A DNA stretch of 64,000 nt, taken from a virus. Its lineage: Duplodnaviria > Heunggongvirae > Uroviricota > Caudoviricetes. The notes under the pieces were generated by a model, which had not been told where the DNA came from, searched no databases, and saw only the letters and a list, made by a program, of their open reading frames with translations. Positions 54,287 through 64,000 of the stretch are shown here, piece by piece. Every line of letters starts with the position of its first letter. Within the stretch, counting starts at the first letter, position 1. The DNA lies in the IMG/VR virus record IMGVR_UViG_2534681834_000006; one strand, 5' to 3'. The position numbers were made by a program, and so were the translations under genes.

Positions 54287-55418
54287 TTTCTTCCACTTAT
54301 TTCAGGCTTAAGTAATTGGCGGTGATTCTACAGCAACTTTGATGCTTTAGCAGTTCGGACATTAGGCAACGAATGACCTAATTAGAGCTTTTTGGAAAAG
54401 CGGTATTGTCGGTGCGATGATAGCTATGTTTGGGTTCGCGATGGTGCAATACAATGACGGTGAAAAGGTAAGCATCCAGTCTGATGGCTGGTATGGGCTG
54501 GATAGCCTGCAAAAAACCGCAGATAAAGCCTGTCAGCAATATGGAAAGTCTAAAGCCGTATATCAGCATAGCGCGAACGCTAATCCACATCTCGCGCCCG
54601 GCACGGGCGTTCAGAACACTATTTGGAAATGCGAACCATAACGCAGGTTGGCTTTTTACATCTTGGGCCGAATACTGATTCCGCGCTAAGTTGTTTGTGC
54701 GGAAGTGACACTGTGGAGCTTAGAAATAGTAAATACTGGTGGGCAACAAATTGAGCCTTCACACGCTCACCAGCACACACAAAAAATGGTTAAACAGCAA
54801 GGGAATTAATATCTCAGCGCGACATTAAATAAGCCAGCGCACGCCTCTGTTTATCACTGACTTGAAAAACCATATCAGAACCACGATGAAGACAATCGCC
54901 AGCACTTGGCTAAGAACAGGCGCATTTAAAAATGCACTTAGAAACTGAAAAAATACAATCATCAGGGTAATCCTCGTCAAATGTAAAGCTGTGTGCTCTC
55001 ACGTTGACGTAGAAACCCAACCTCTATATAGTTGGATTCGGTGAAAGAAAGTCGTTAACGTGAACTTACGGCACATGTTTTCGGTATAAAAATCAGGGAA
55101 CTGTGAATTCCTTGATGTAGTTGGGGCCTGTAATGCAGGCCCTATCTATTAATGTCATGATTACATCTCAAATTTTCTCCTTATCATTATTATTTAATAA
55201 AATTCAATTAATAAAATATCCATTTCCTGTGTGTGCAAACACAGTATGAGGAAAATGGCCTCGTTGCAAGTGCATAACTTTGTGGATAACTCTGAAGGCG
55301 AATTTACATTTCGGCGCACCGCAAGCCAGATAAGCTGTGCGCAAAAAGCAATGGGGTGAGAAAAAAACTTTGAAGATATTGCGGCGACTAAATAATAGCC
55401 GTTATTCAATTATTCTGG

Positions 55419-55670
55419 ATGGGATTTAATATGAACGAATGGAACATAGCAGCCAAAAGCCAGGAAGAAAGGAATAAAGTTAACGTTGACCTGGCTGCCA
55501 GGGGGGTTGCCTACAAAGAGCGATTGAACATACCTGTCATAGCTGAACAGGTAGCCCGCGAGCAACCAGAGAATCTGCGCACCTATTTCATGGAACGTCT
55601 ACGGCACTACCGGCAGTTAAGCCTCCAGTTGCCAAAAGGGAACGATCCGGCATATCAGAAAACAGAATAG
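55419..55670 (+). CDS. hot: DNA polymerase III theta-subunit homolog
   Basis: 83 aa; KVNVDLAA(R/A)GVA(Y/F)KERxNxPVIAE...REQPE aligns with E. coli HolE. Confidence 0.8.
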   Translation: MGFNMNEWNIAAKSQEERNKVNVDLAARGVAYKERLNIPVIAEQVAREQPENLRTYFMERLRHYRQLSLQLPKGNDPAYQKTE

Positions 55671-55681
55671 TTGTTAGGCTA

Positions 55682-56044
55682 TTACGCAATGCCCGCGCCA
55701 TTCATAGCGGGTTTTAAGCCATATTCACCGTTGTAGAAATTACTCATGTTCCATTCATTGGGAAGCTCTTTTCTGTCCAATGTATAGTGGCGTACGATAT
55801 AACGATCTTCATCTTCTTCGATGGACAGGCGGACATAGCCAATGTGAATTACCGATACGGGCGGCGTCCGTATTGCATAGATGTCGCGGAGATATACCGG
55901 TAGCTCGACAAATGCGTCAGGTGCATCTGTGATGCTCATTTTTTCACAGTATTCATATAACGCATCGTTGATATCGTTAAGAGATTCATGATCGTATATT
56001 TCCAGGTAATTACCGCGATCGCGATGGTACTCGATTTTAGCCAT
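55682..56044 (-). CDS. hypothetical protein
   Basis: 120-aa ORF, second gene of divergent operon next to LexA box. Confidence 0.5.
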   Translation of the reverse strand: MAKIEYHRDRGNYLEIYDHESLNDINDALYEYCEKMSITDAPDAFVELPVYLRDIYAIRTPPVSVIHIGYVRLSIEEDEDRYIVRHYTLDRKELPNEWNMSNFYNGEYGLKPAMNGAGIA

Positions 56045-56629
56045 TCAAAATCCCCTGTTATCGTTTTGCATTTCTCTAATCCGGTTCAGAACTACTTCAT
56101 GCTGGGCTTGGATAGCGGCTTTTTCGTTTTCAAGTCGGGCAATAGACATCTCTAATTCTTTGCTGTACCAGGCGAGTTGGGCCAGGTTCATCCGGTTGTG
56201 GTCGAGAGTTGGAGACACTTCGACGCGATCCCTTTCTTCCTGCTTTAATGAGAAGAGATTCATCTCATCCCTAGAGGAAAATTCAGCAACAATTTCTTGT
56301 TGATGATCCGGTCGCTGCGGCATCCTCGCCAGTATAAATGGCGGTTCTTTTGAAAACATGAATGTCGGTTCATAACGTGTTTTTACCCAGCTTGCCTGCT
56401 GTCTTTCGGCAAGTTCACAGGCTTCATCATAGTTATTTGCCAAACCAAGCACGGATGGACGGTCCCACGCCCCACCATTCAGACAATAAACTACAATTTT
56501 CCCGTCAGGTTGTGTAACCCCATATGGATGGTCCCACCAGGCGTCCAACTGAGCTTTAGAGCGTTTCTCGTTAGGAGTGCAGTCAAAATTTTTGGGCAAT
56601 ACAGGATCGAGAGGAATGCGGGCAGGCAT
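56045..56629 (-). CDS. hypothetical protein (probably LexA-regulated)
   Basis: 194-aa ORF; C-terminal coiled coil; promoter region contains LexA box. Confidence 0.5.
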   Translation of the reverse strand: MPARIPLDPVLPKNFDCTPNEKRSKAQLDAWWDHPYGVTQPDGKIVVYCLNGGAWDRPSVLGLANNYDEACELAERQQASWVKTRYEPTFMFSKEPPFILARMPQRPDHQQEIVAEFSSRDEMNLFSLKQEERDRVEVSPTLDHNRMNLAQLAWYSKELEMSIARLENEKAAIQAQHEVVLNRIREMQNDNRGF

Positions 56630-56766
56630 AGCTAATTCCTTATTAACTGATTGGCAACGAGGTTACGCTGATCCGTTGGTGATGAATAGTAGCAAAGCGC
56701 ACAAAATCATCTGCGGTGGTTGATGTACATAACGCGTTTGCACCAAAGGTGTCTCTTTAATGTATG

Positions 56767-56782
56767 CTGTATAAATGAACAG
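56767..56782. promoter_or_regulatory. LexA box (SOS operator) between divergent genes
   Basis: CTGTATAAATGAACAG = CTGT-N8-ACAG. Confidence 0.75.
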
Positions 56783-56803
56783 TATTATTGAGGTGAAAAC
56801 GCT

Positions 56804-57193
56804 ATGGGCTTCCCTTCTCCTGCGGCGGATTATGTTGAAAGCAGAATTTCTCTTGATCAGCAACTAATCAGGCATCCATCAGCGACCTACTTCATGCGGG
56901 CGGCAGACAGCCATCACCGCGAGGGAATATTGCAGGGTGCTTTGCTGGTGGTTGATTCTTCGCTTACTCCAGTTGATGGTTCGCTGCTTGTGTGCGCTAT
57001 GGAGGGTGAATATCGCATAAAGAGATACCGAAAGTATCCGCGCCAGCACCTGGAGGATTTAAGCACCGGGAAGAAAGAGGCGTTACCAGTAGATGACGAT
57101 GGTTACACGGGCAGTAATGCTGTTTTTGGTGTGATCACTCATGTCATCAATGATGCCCGAAGTGGGGAATTTGATGATTGTCCGGTTATTTAA
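56804..57193 (+). CDS. humD: UmuD-like protein (S24 peptidase C-terminal domain)
   Basis: 129 aa; UmuD'-like core; LexA box upstream. Confidence 0.8.
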   Translation: MGFPSPAADYVESRISLDQQLIRHPSATYFMRAADSHHREGILQGALLVVDSSLTPVDGSLLVCAMEGEYRIKRYRKYPRQHLEDLSTGKKEALPVDDDGYTGSNAVFGVITHVINDARSGEFDDCPVI

Positions 57194-57265
57194 GCTGCAA
57201 AGTGCTGGTGCTTTATGCCTGTGAAGTTTATAATTGTGTACACATAACGAGTACACGAGGTGTTT

Positions 57266-57487
57266 ATGCAATCCATTAACTTCCGTACCGCGCGCGGCAA
57301 CCTTTCTGAAGTGCTCAACAATGTTGAAGCCGGGGAAGAGGTTGAAATCACCCGCAGAGGCCGTGAGCCAGCAGTAATTGTCAGCAAGGCTACTTTTGAA
57401 GCCTACAAAAAAGCGGCGCTGGATGCTGAATTTGCATCCCTGTTTGACACCCTGGACTCCACCAACAAGGAACTGGTTAACCGATAA
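57266..57487 (+). CDS. phd: antitoxin Phd
   Basis: [73 protein letters not shown]; stop overlaps doc start (ATAATGA). Confidence 0.9.
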   Translation: MQSINFRTARGNLSEVLNNVEAGEEVEITRRGREPAVIVSKATFEAYKKAALDAEFASLFDTLDSTNKELVNR

Positions 57488-57867
57488 TGAGGCATATATC
57501 ACCGGAAGAACTTATTGCGCTTCATGATGCGAATATAAACCGCTACGGCGGCTTGCCGGGAATGTCAGATCCGGGTAGGGCAGAGGCCATTATCGGGAGA
57601 GTTCAGGCCAGAGTTGCCTACGAAGAGATCACCGACCTTTTCGAAGTCTCCGCCACCTACCTGGTGGCTACAGCGAGAGGGCATATATTCAATGATGCCA
57701 ATAAGCGTACCGCGCTAAACAGTGCGCTGTTATTTCTACGCCGTAACGGGGTGCAGGTATTTGATTCACCTGAACTGGCAGACCTTACCGTAGGGGCTGC
57801 GACCGGAGAGATATCTGTATCTTCTGTCGCCGACACGTTACGTAGATTGTATGGTTCCGCGGAGTAG
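57487..57867 (+). CDS. doc: toxin Doc (Fic-fold kinase)
   Basis: 126 aa with [11 protein letters not shown] Fic-like motif. Confidence 0.9.
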   Translation: MRHISPEELIALHDANINRYGGLPGMSDPGRAEAIIGRVQARVAYEEITDLFEVSATYLVATARGHIFNDANKRTALNSALLFLRRNGVQVFDSPELADLTVGAATGEISVSSVADTLRRLYGSAE

Positions 57868-58051
57868 ATTAATGGCACGTAAATACAACAAATTGTCCCG
57901 TGAAGCGTTAAAGATGCTTCTTGATGGCGTGAGTCGCCGCGAGGTAAAGCAATACCTGGTTGGTAAGCAAATTGGTGCCAGGACCGCTATTGCTGTGTTA
58001 TGCCGTCAGGAAATGGTTGTGCTTAAACAGAGAATGCCGGGCAGCAGATAA
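57851..58051 (+). CDS. small hypothetical protein
   Basis: 66-aa ORF overlapping doc end. Confidence 0.4.
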   Translation: MVPRSRLMARKYNKLSREALKMLLDGVSRREVKQYLVGKQIGARTAIAVLCRQEMVVLKQRMPGSR

Positions 58052-58078
58052 AGCCCAATCAGTGATTAAAGGTGTGAT

Positions 58079-59122
58079 GTGAAAGCCGTAATTACTCCAT
58101 TTGTACAGAAAGAGCTTGGCCTCGCCACGTTCAAAGTGGACCAGGAGGTCAGAAAGCTGGTGGAGGCTGGCCGTAAATTTATTATGGAGCCGGTGCCGCG
58201 TGAGTTAATCGAGCACATGGACGACGGCCTCGTTGTTTCCGAGCAAACTATGGCAACAAATGAGGCGTTGCAGCCGTTTTTTAACAGCGATGAACTGTTT
58301 CGCCGTATTGGTGGAATTGACTCGCTGGTGGCGTGGTTGCGCAGGAAAGAGGGGCAATGCCAGGCCGCAGATCGTAGTTGGTGTGACAACCATATTGTCC
58401 ACGCTGAACGAGACAATAGCGCGGTGTTGTTGTGCTGGCATCACGATAACCATTACCGGATGCGTGGTTTTAATGAGCTGAAAGAAACGCTGCATAATAA
58501 TCGCGTTAACTGGATACTGGATGTCGCCCGTCAGGAAATGGGGCTTTCAGATGGCCATGATTTAAGTATTCAGGAACTGTGCTGGTGGGCTTTCATGCGC
58601 AACATGATGCACCTGATGCCGGAAGAAGTCTGCCGCATATCAATAAATAAGATGAAGGCTACTCCGCAGGATAGCGGACCTCTGAAAGAGGCGGATATTC
58701 GCCCGTATGACGATCGCGCTATAGCATATGTTCAGATGATGGAAGAACGCGCCGCGCCGATGCGTGCAAAAGTATGTCCTGTGGATGTTGACTCCGACCC
58801 AGGTATGGCGCATTTCAAAATACCAAAACTTCAATCGCTAAAATTACCTGAGTACATGGACTTTGTTGCTTCCCGTCCATGCTGTGGCTGTGGAGCTGCG
58901 GGAGCTGGCGCTCACATTACGCCTTATATCGTTCGTCATAGTCGATTATGCGCGCATGACATTTATGCTATTCCTCTGTGCCAGTCATGCCAGCGTGATA
59001 TTGAGCGTGACCGCGATAATTGGGAGAAAACACACGGTAGGCTGGCGATGCATCAACGATTGTTCTTTGATTACGCGCTTGGAGTCGGCGCTATCACAAG
59101 TCACTCGTCGAGCGTTAGATAA
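58079..59122 (+). CDS. hypothetical protein with Cys-rich C-terminus
   Basis: 347-aa ORF (non-ATG start in track); [12 protein letters not shown]...CQSCQRD cluster. Confidence 0.5.
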   Translation: MKAVITPFVQKELGLATFKVDQEVRKLVEAGRKFIMEPVPRELIEHMDDGLVVSEQTMATNEALQPFFNSDELFRRIGGIDSLVAWLRRKEGQCQAADRSWCDNHIVHAERDNSAVLLCWHHDNHYRMRGFNELKETLHNNRVNWILDVARQEMGLSDGHDLSIQELCWWAFMRNMMHLMPEEVCRISINKMKATPQDSGPLKEADIRPYDDRAIAYVQMMEERAAPMRAKVCPVDVDSDPGMAHFKIPKLQSLKLPEYMDFVASRPCCGCGAAGAGAHITPYIVRHSRLCAHDIYAIPLCQSCQRDIERDRDNWEKTHGRLAMHQRLFFDYALGVGAITSHSSSVR

Positions 59123-59123
59123 A

Positions 59124-59140
59124 ATTGCTCTAATGTATTG
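59124..59140 (+). promoter_or_regulatory. C1 operator-like 17-mer upstream of lpa
   Basis: ATTGCTCTAATgtATTg. Confidence 0.5.
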
Positions 59141-59210
59141 CTATTTATTTAATCGAGGGTATTATATTCCACGTTGATTAGTTGACATGGGCTAATCAGT
59201 AGGTGACAGG

Positions 59211-59663
59211 ATGTTACTTAACTGGCAGGGACGCCACTTCATGGAAATAAATCACTCACGAATAACATCGTACGAGATTGCGGATTACATGATCCGCACT
59301 AAATCTCTTCTATCAGCGAAAGAACTCGCAGCAATTCTTGAAAAGGAATACCCGCATCTGGATGTCGATAAGCGCGATGTTTATCTGCGCTTAAAGGCTA
59401 TCGCTGTGTCTAAGTATTCGTCTGTTTTGATTGATGACAGTACACGCCCACGTAGATTTCAGATCCACTCTCTGAATCCTGAATTCTTTCGCCGTAGCCG
59501 CGCTCCGCGCCGGTTTGATGAAAAACTCCAGAACGAACTCTATATGACGCAGGACGAAAAGGAACGCCGGGAGCACCAGCCTTGGGTAATGGCGCGTCAA
59601 CTTTTCAATAAGGTGGCCCGTCAGCACCGTCATTACGGTAATGCCACATCCGCACGTATCTGA
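59211..59663 (+). CDS. lpa: late promoter activator
   Basis: 150-aa ORF between an operator and pacA, as in P1. Confidence 0.65.
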   Translation: MLLNWQGRHFMEINHSRITSYEIADYMIRTKSLLSAKELAAILEKEYPHLDVDKRDVYLRLKAIAVSKYSSVLIDDSTRPRRFQIHSLNPEFFRRSRAPRRFDEKLQNELYMTQDEKERREHQPWVMARQLFNKVARQHRHYGNATSARI

Positions 59664-59748
59664 TTGATTGCTTGCCCGTTCCGGGCCTTTTGACATGTGA
59701 CTTTCGTTACCCTCGCGTCAAAAAGAGTTTTTACGAAAGGAAGCATAA

Positions 59749-60942
59749 GTGACCTGGGACGATCACAAAAAGAATTTTGCTCGCCTGGCGCGAGATGGTG
59801 GTTACACCATCGCACAGTATGCCGCCGAGTTTAATCTTAACCCTAATACCGCACGTCGTTATCTCCGTGCCTTCAAAGAAGACACCAGGACTGCGGACAG
59901 CCGCAAGCCAAATAAGCCAGTCAGGAAGCCACTAAAAAGCATGATCATTGATCACTCTAATGATCAACATGCAGGTGATCATATTGCGGCTGAAATAGCG
60001 GAAAAACAGAGAGTTAATGCCGTTGTCAGTGCCGCAGTCGAGAATGCGAAGCGCCAAAATAAGCGCATAAATGATCGTTCAGATGATCATGACGTGATCA
60101 CCCGCGCCCGCCGGACCTTACGTGATCGCCTGGAACGCGACACCCTGGATGATGATGGTGAACGCTTTGAATTCGAAGCTGGCGATTACCTGATAGATAA
60201 CGTTGAAGCGCGGAAGGCCGCGCGCGCTATGTTGCGTCGGTCCGGGGCTGATGTTCTGGAAACCACTCTTCTGGAAAAGTCTCTCTCTCATCTCCTTATG
60301 CTGGAGAACGCCAGGGATACGTGTATTCGCCTGGTGCAGGAAATTCGCGATCAGCAAAAAGACGATGATGAAGGAACTCCGCCTGAATACCGTATCGCGA
60401 GCATGCTAAACAGCTGTTCCGCGCAGATAAGCAGTCTGATCAACACCATTTACAGCATCCGGAATAACTATCGAAAAGAAAGCCGGGAGGCGGAAAAGCA
60501 CGCTTTATCTATGGGGCAAGCTGGCATTGTTAAGCTGGCATACGAACGAAAGCGTGAAAATAACTGGTCAGTGCTGGAAGCAGCTGAATTCATCGAGGCG
60601 CATGGCGGGAAAGTGCCGCCCCTGATGCTGGAGCAAATCAAAGCCGATCTGCGTGCTCCTAAGACCAATACCGATGATGAGGAAAGGCAAACAGCCGTCG
60701 GTGGCCCTTCTCTTGAAGATCTGGACAAAGTTGCGCGAGAACGGGCCGCCAACCGCCGCGCCGATGCCGCATTGTGGATTGAGCAGCGTAGGGAAGAAAT
60801 CGCCGATATCGTTGATACAGGCGGTTATGGAGATGTTGATACTGAAGGTGTATCAAACGACCCATGGCTGGAACAAGACCTGGACGAAGACGAGGAGGAA
60901 GACGAAGAAGTTACCCGCAAGCTATACGGGGATGATGATTAA
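59749..60942 (+). CDS. pacA: terminase small subunit PacA
   Basis: 397-aa ORF containing the GATC-hexamer pac site; followed by overlapping pacB. Confidence 0.85.
   Translation: MTWDDHKKNFARLARDGGYTIAQYAAEFNLNPNTARRYLRAFKEDTRTADSRKPNKPVRKPLKSMIIDHSNDQHAGDHIAAEIAEKQRVNAVVSAAVENAKRQNKRINDRSDDHDVITRARRTLRDRLERDTLDDDGERFEFEAGDYLIDNVEARKAARAMLRRSGADVLETTLLEKSLSHLLMLENARDTCIRLVQEIRDQQKDDDEGTPPEYRIASMLNSCSAQISSLINTIYSIRNNYRKESREAEKHALSMGQAGIVKLAYERKRENNWSVLEAAEFIEAHGGKVPPLMLEQIKADLRAPKTNTDDEERQTAVGGPSLEDLDKVARERAANRRADAALWIEQRREEIADIVDTGGYGDVDTEGVSNDPWLEQDLDEDEEEDEEVTRKLYGDDD
59941..60128 (+). promoter_or_regulatory. pac: pac packaging site: two clusters of TGATC(A/G) hexamers inside pacA
   Basis: TGATCA at 59941, 59948, 59960 and 59975; TGATC(G/A) at 60072, 60084, 60095 and 60123. 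Confidence 0.8.
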
Positions 60943-62426
60943 TGGCCAGAAGTTGCGTAACGGATCCACGTTGGCGCGAGCTGGTGGCGCTATATCGTTA
61001 TGACTGGATTGCTGCCGCTGATGTTTTGTTCGGCAAAACACCTACCTGGCAGCAGGATCTGATTATTGAGTCTGTGCAGGAACAGGGTAGCAAGACATCT
61101 GTTTCGTCTGGTCACGGTACCGGGAAATCAGACATGACTTCTATCATGATCATGTTGTTCATAATCATGTATCCCGGTGCCCGCGCCATTATCGTTGCGA
61201 ACAAAATTCAGCAGGTAATGACCGGTATATTCAAGTACATCAAGATAAACTGGGCTACTGCCACCAGCCGTTTTCCATGGCTTGCTGATTATTTTGTTCT
61301 GACAGAAACCGCTTTCTATGAGGTTACTGGTAAAGGTGTATGGACTGTAGTACCGAAGGGCTTTCGTCTGGGAAGTGAAGAAGCTCTCGCCGGTGAACAC
61401 GCAGATCATCTTCTGTATATTATCGATGAAGCCTCCGGTGTCAGTGATAGAGCTTTCGGTATCATCACCGGTGCTCTTACCGGACAGGATAACCGCATCT
61501 TATTACTGTCACAGCCTACACGCCCAAGCGGCTATTTCTACGATACTCACCATAAACTGGCCAAGCGTCCTGGTAACCCAGATGGCGTTTATACGGCGAT
61601 CACGCTTAACAGTGAGGAATCACCGCTGGTAACGCCAGAATTTATCAAAATGAAGCTGGCGGAGTACGGCGGGCGTGATAACCCTATGTACATGATTAAG
61701 GTGCGTGGCCTATTCCCTAAATCACAGGACGGCTTCCTTCTTGGACGTGATGAGGTTGAACGTGCAACGCGGCGGAAAGTTAAGATTGCCAAAGGATGGG
61801 GCTGGCTTGCATGTGTGGACGTTGCTGGTGGTACGGGACGGGATAAGTCAGTTATCAATATCATGATGGTGTCCGGCCAGCGAAATAAACGCCGTGTAAT
61901 CAACTATCGAATGCTGGAATACACAGACGTTACAGAAACGCAGCTTGCCGCCAAAATTTTCGCAGAATGTAATCCTGAGCGATTCCCAAATATCACCATA
62001 GCGATAGACGGCGATGGCCTGGGTAAAGCAACGGCGGATCTGATGTACGAGTATTATGGTATTACCGTACAGCGTATACGCTGGGGTAAAAAGATGCATA
62101 GCCGTGAAGATAAGAGCCTGTACTTTGATAAGCGTGCTTATGCCAACGTTCAAGCCGCAGAGGCCGTAAAATCAGGTCGTATGAGACTGGATAAGGGTAA
62201 TGAAACTATTGAGGAAGCGTCGAAAATCCCTGTAGGGATTAACTCCGCAGGTCAATGGAAGGTGATGAGTAAGGAGGATATGAAGAAAAAACTCAACCTG
62301 CACTCACCAGACCATTGGGATACATATTGTTTCGCTATGCTGGCGGATTATGTTCCCCAGGATGAAGTGCTTAGCGTCGAAGACGAAGCGCAGGTTGATG
62401 AAGCTCTGGCATGGCTTAATGAATAA
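60942..62426 (+). CDS. pacB: terminase large subunit PacB
   Basis: 494-aa ORF overlapping pacA stop; terminase-like ATPase region. Confidence 0.85.
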   Translation: MARSCVTDPRWRELVALYRYDWIAAADVLFGKTPTWQQDLIIESVQEQGSKTSVSSGHGTGKSDMTSIMIMLFIIMYPGARAIIVANKIQQVMTGIFKYIKINWATATSRFPWLADYFVLTETAFYEVTGKGVWTVVPKGFRLGSEEALAGEHADHLLYIIDEASGVSDRAFGIITGALTGQDNRILLLSQPTRPSGYFYDTHHKLAKRPGNPDGVYTAITLNSEESPLVTPEFIKMKLAEYGGRDNPMYMIKVRGLFPKSQDGFLLGRDEVERATRRKVKIAKGWGWLACVDVAGGTGRDKSVINIMMVSGQRNKRRVINYRMLEYTDVTETQLAAKIFAECNPERFPNITIAIDGDGLGKATADLMYEYYGITVQRIRWGKKMHSREDKSLYFDKRAYANVQAAEAVKSGRMRLDKGNETIEEASKIPVGINSAGQWKVMSKEDMKKKLNLHSPDHWDTYCFAMLADYVPQDEVLSVEDEAQVDEALAWLNE

Positions 62427-62476
62427 CTCATTGACCATGCCGGATAGAAACTATTGCGCGCTTTCGGGGTTGTCGT

Positions 62477-63301
62477 TTACTGGCTGCCCCTTCTTAGTTT
62501 TACGGCTGCGCGTAACTGATGCGGCTGATTTGACCTTTTTCTCTTCGCGAGTGATGGCAATTTGTTTTTTACATTTTCAATATCTGCCAGGCGATATATT
62601 TTTGCCTGCGGCCAGCGGTCGCAGATGATCGGTTCTATAGAGTCATAAAGGCTAAATTTTGCTTTCTCGAATTCACCGTTGATGATGATTCCATCACGGA
62701 GAGTTTCATCGCAGATAAACACACCACACAGCGGCACATGGTAACTAACTGATTTACCATCATTGTAGTTAGGGCTACTGGAAATGTAATGGACGCGCAG
62801 CATTGTTTCGCTAAAGCCGTGTACACGCATACGGAATTTTTCATCCTCCGGGTACTGCTTCATTAGCTCTTTTGTTGCTTCCAGGTTCTCTATGTATTTC
62901 GCACTGTGCTCATTGATCCCCGCGCTTTTCTGGATGCGAATGTCCTTATCAATCAGATGAATAATGCGGCCAGCGGTCATGTTGACGCTGTTCACAGCTT
63001 CTGTCTGATAAGTTGTAACCTTACGCACACCGCGAAGGATGTTAGGCACTGGATATAAAATAGTCTTTGGGATATTGAGGTCTGGGTACTGTTCCAGTTC
63101 CCGCGCCATTAAAGTCCATTTATCAATTTCAGCCTGAATGCTGTCAGTTTCTTTGAACGGCAGAACGACAACCGGGCGTACAGGACGACCGTCGCTGGCG
63201 GCATCAACGTGTTGGGCGCGTGCAACAGCTTTTTTTAGAAAGAGATCCCTGAAGCTGACGAACTCCTGGTACAGTTGTTCGCCGTAGACATAATTTATCA
63301 T
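62477..63301 (-). CDS. c1: primary immunity repressor C1
   Basis: 274 aa starting MINYVYGEQLYQEFVSFRDLFLKKAVARAQ; convergent with pacB; preceded by coi. Confidence 0.85.
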   Translation of the reverse strand: MINYVYGEQLYQEFVSFRDLFLKKAVARAQHVDAASDGRPVRPVVVLPFKETDSIQAEIDKWTLMARELEQYPDLNIPKTILYPVPNILRGVRKVTTYQTEAVNSVNMTAGRIIHLIDKDIRIQKSAGINEHSAKYIENLEATKELMKQYPEDEKFRMRVHGFSETMLRVHYISSSPNYNDGKSVSYHVPLCGVFICDETLRDGIIINGEFEKAKFSLYDSIEPIICDRWPQAKIYRLADIENVKNKLPSLAKRKRSNQPHQLRAAVKLRRGSQ

Positions 63302-63411
63302 TGATCCTCCTCCAGAATTGACATGGCCAACAACTCACAGCGGATTACACTGGGAGTTGTTGGCCACCATTATAGAAGGATCCAACGAAAATAATAGATT
63401 TATTAGTGCAT

Positions 63412-63621
63412 TTATTGTGAGTCTGGCTGGTTAGTGGCCATGAGATATTCGATTGTGTCAGTGAGATCATCCAGGTCGTCTTGGGTGATGCGGTACTCCT
63501 GATTGGATATCTTTGAGTAGTGTTCAGCAATGGCGCGGGCAGCGTCGGTTTCGGCGGGGTCTACAGATAAAGCGTTAGAGCAATGTCTAACGTCGTCGAT
63601 GGTTGGTGGAATGAAAGCCAT
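63412..63621 (-). CDS. coi: C1 inactivator Coi
   Basis: 69-aa ORF upstream of c1. Confidence 0.75.
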   Translation of the reverse strand: MAFIPPTIDDVRHCSNALSVDPAETDAARAIAEHYSKISNQEYRITQDDLDDLTDTIEYLMATNQPDSQ

Positions 63622-63859
63622 AATTATGCCTCACTGTATTGACAACACAGAGCCTGAAGCTCTGACCTACTGTTTCACCCATGATCCATGCTGGGGTAAT
63701 CTAACAACATTGCGCTGTGTGTAAGATGAGCAATGCATAGCTGTAATGCCGTTGTATAAGGTTTCCCTGTTTGCTCATTTCCTTCTGAGCCGCTCTACAA
63801 CGCTGAAGACACATTAAATAGTGAATCCAAAGTCGTATTACGAAACGGCGGCAAAACTA

Positions 63860-63876
63860 TAATTTATTAGAGCAAT
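63860..63876 (-). promoter_or_regulatory. C1 operator-like 17-mer (Op99 region)
   Basis: reverse complement reads ATTGCTCTAATAAATTa. Confidence 0.65.
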
Positions 63877-63942
63877 TGTCAAACAACTATGAAAAACAAT
63901 CCAGTTTTTGGCTGGTGGAGTGGGATTTTTCTCTCAAAATTT

Positions 63943-63959
63943 ATTGCTCTAATAATTCT
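63943..63959 (+). promoter_or_regulatory. C1 operator-like 17-mer (Op99 region)
   Basis: ATTGCTCTAATAAtTcT. Confidence 0.55.
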
Positions 63960-64000
63960 TGATTTTTATGCGCAGCTGGACGTAAACTCCTCTTCAGACC

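Overview
The window reads as a near-contiguous stretch of a P1-like phage-plasmid (temperate myovirus maintained as a low-copy plasmid), with several accessory insertions. All calls are from reading the sequence and the supplied ORF track, with no database search; hand-counted coordinates for non-ORF features may be off by 1-2 bp. Recognisable backbone, in order: a minus-strand tail/baseplate operon ending in a 1229-aa tape-measure/transglycosylase (Sit-like); the immI-type region (C1 operator, icd, ant) followed by kilA and repL; a minus-strand structural block; parS-parB-parA; an iteron replicon (incA-repA-incC iterons, GATC cluster, DnaA box); an RdgC homolog and a fused C5/N6 DNA methyltransferase; tRNA-Asn, tRNA-Thr and tRNA-Ile(CAU); a DnaB-like helicase (Ban); a second tail/baseplate block; a phosphatase-containing late-gene cluster; hot, a LexA box, humD, phd-doc, lpa, pacA (with GATC-hexamer pac site), pacB, c1 and coi. 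At least ten copies of the C1-operator 17-mer (ATTGCTCTAATAAATTT family) sit at operon boundaries. Accessory or unusual content: a complete type I R-M system (hsdM-hsdS-hsdR); a hok/gef-like toxin gene with an intact IS186-like element 22 bp downstream, flanked by a 10-bp target duplication; a two-gene cassette (T5orf172/GIY-YIG-like protein plus small partner) between incA and parA; a secreted coiled-coil protein plus glycine-zipper lipoprotein pair upstream of the tail operon; a family of long tRNA-like hairpins around the tRNA genes; and tandem overlapping paralogous genes next to a VRR-NUC nuclease. No CRISPR array or rRNA is present.
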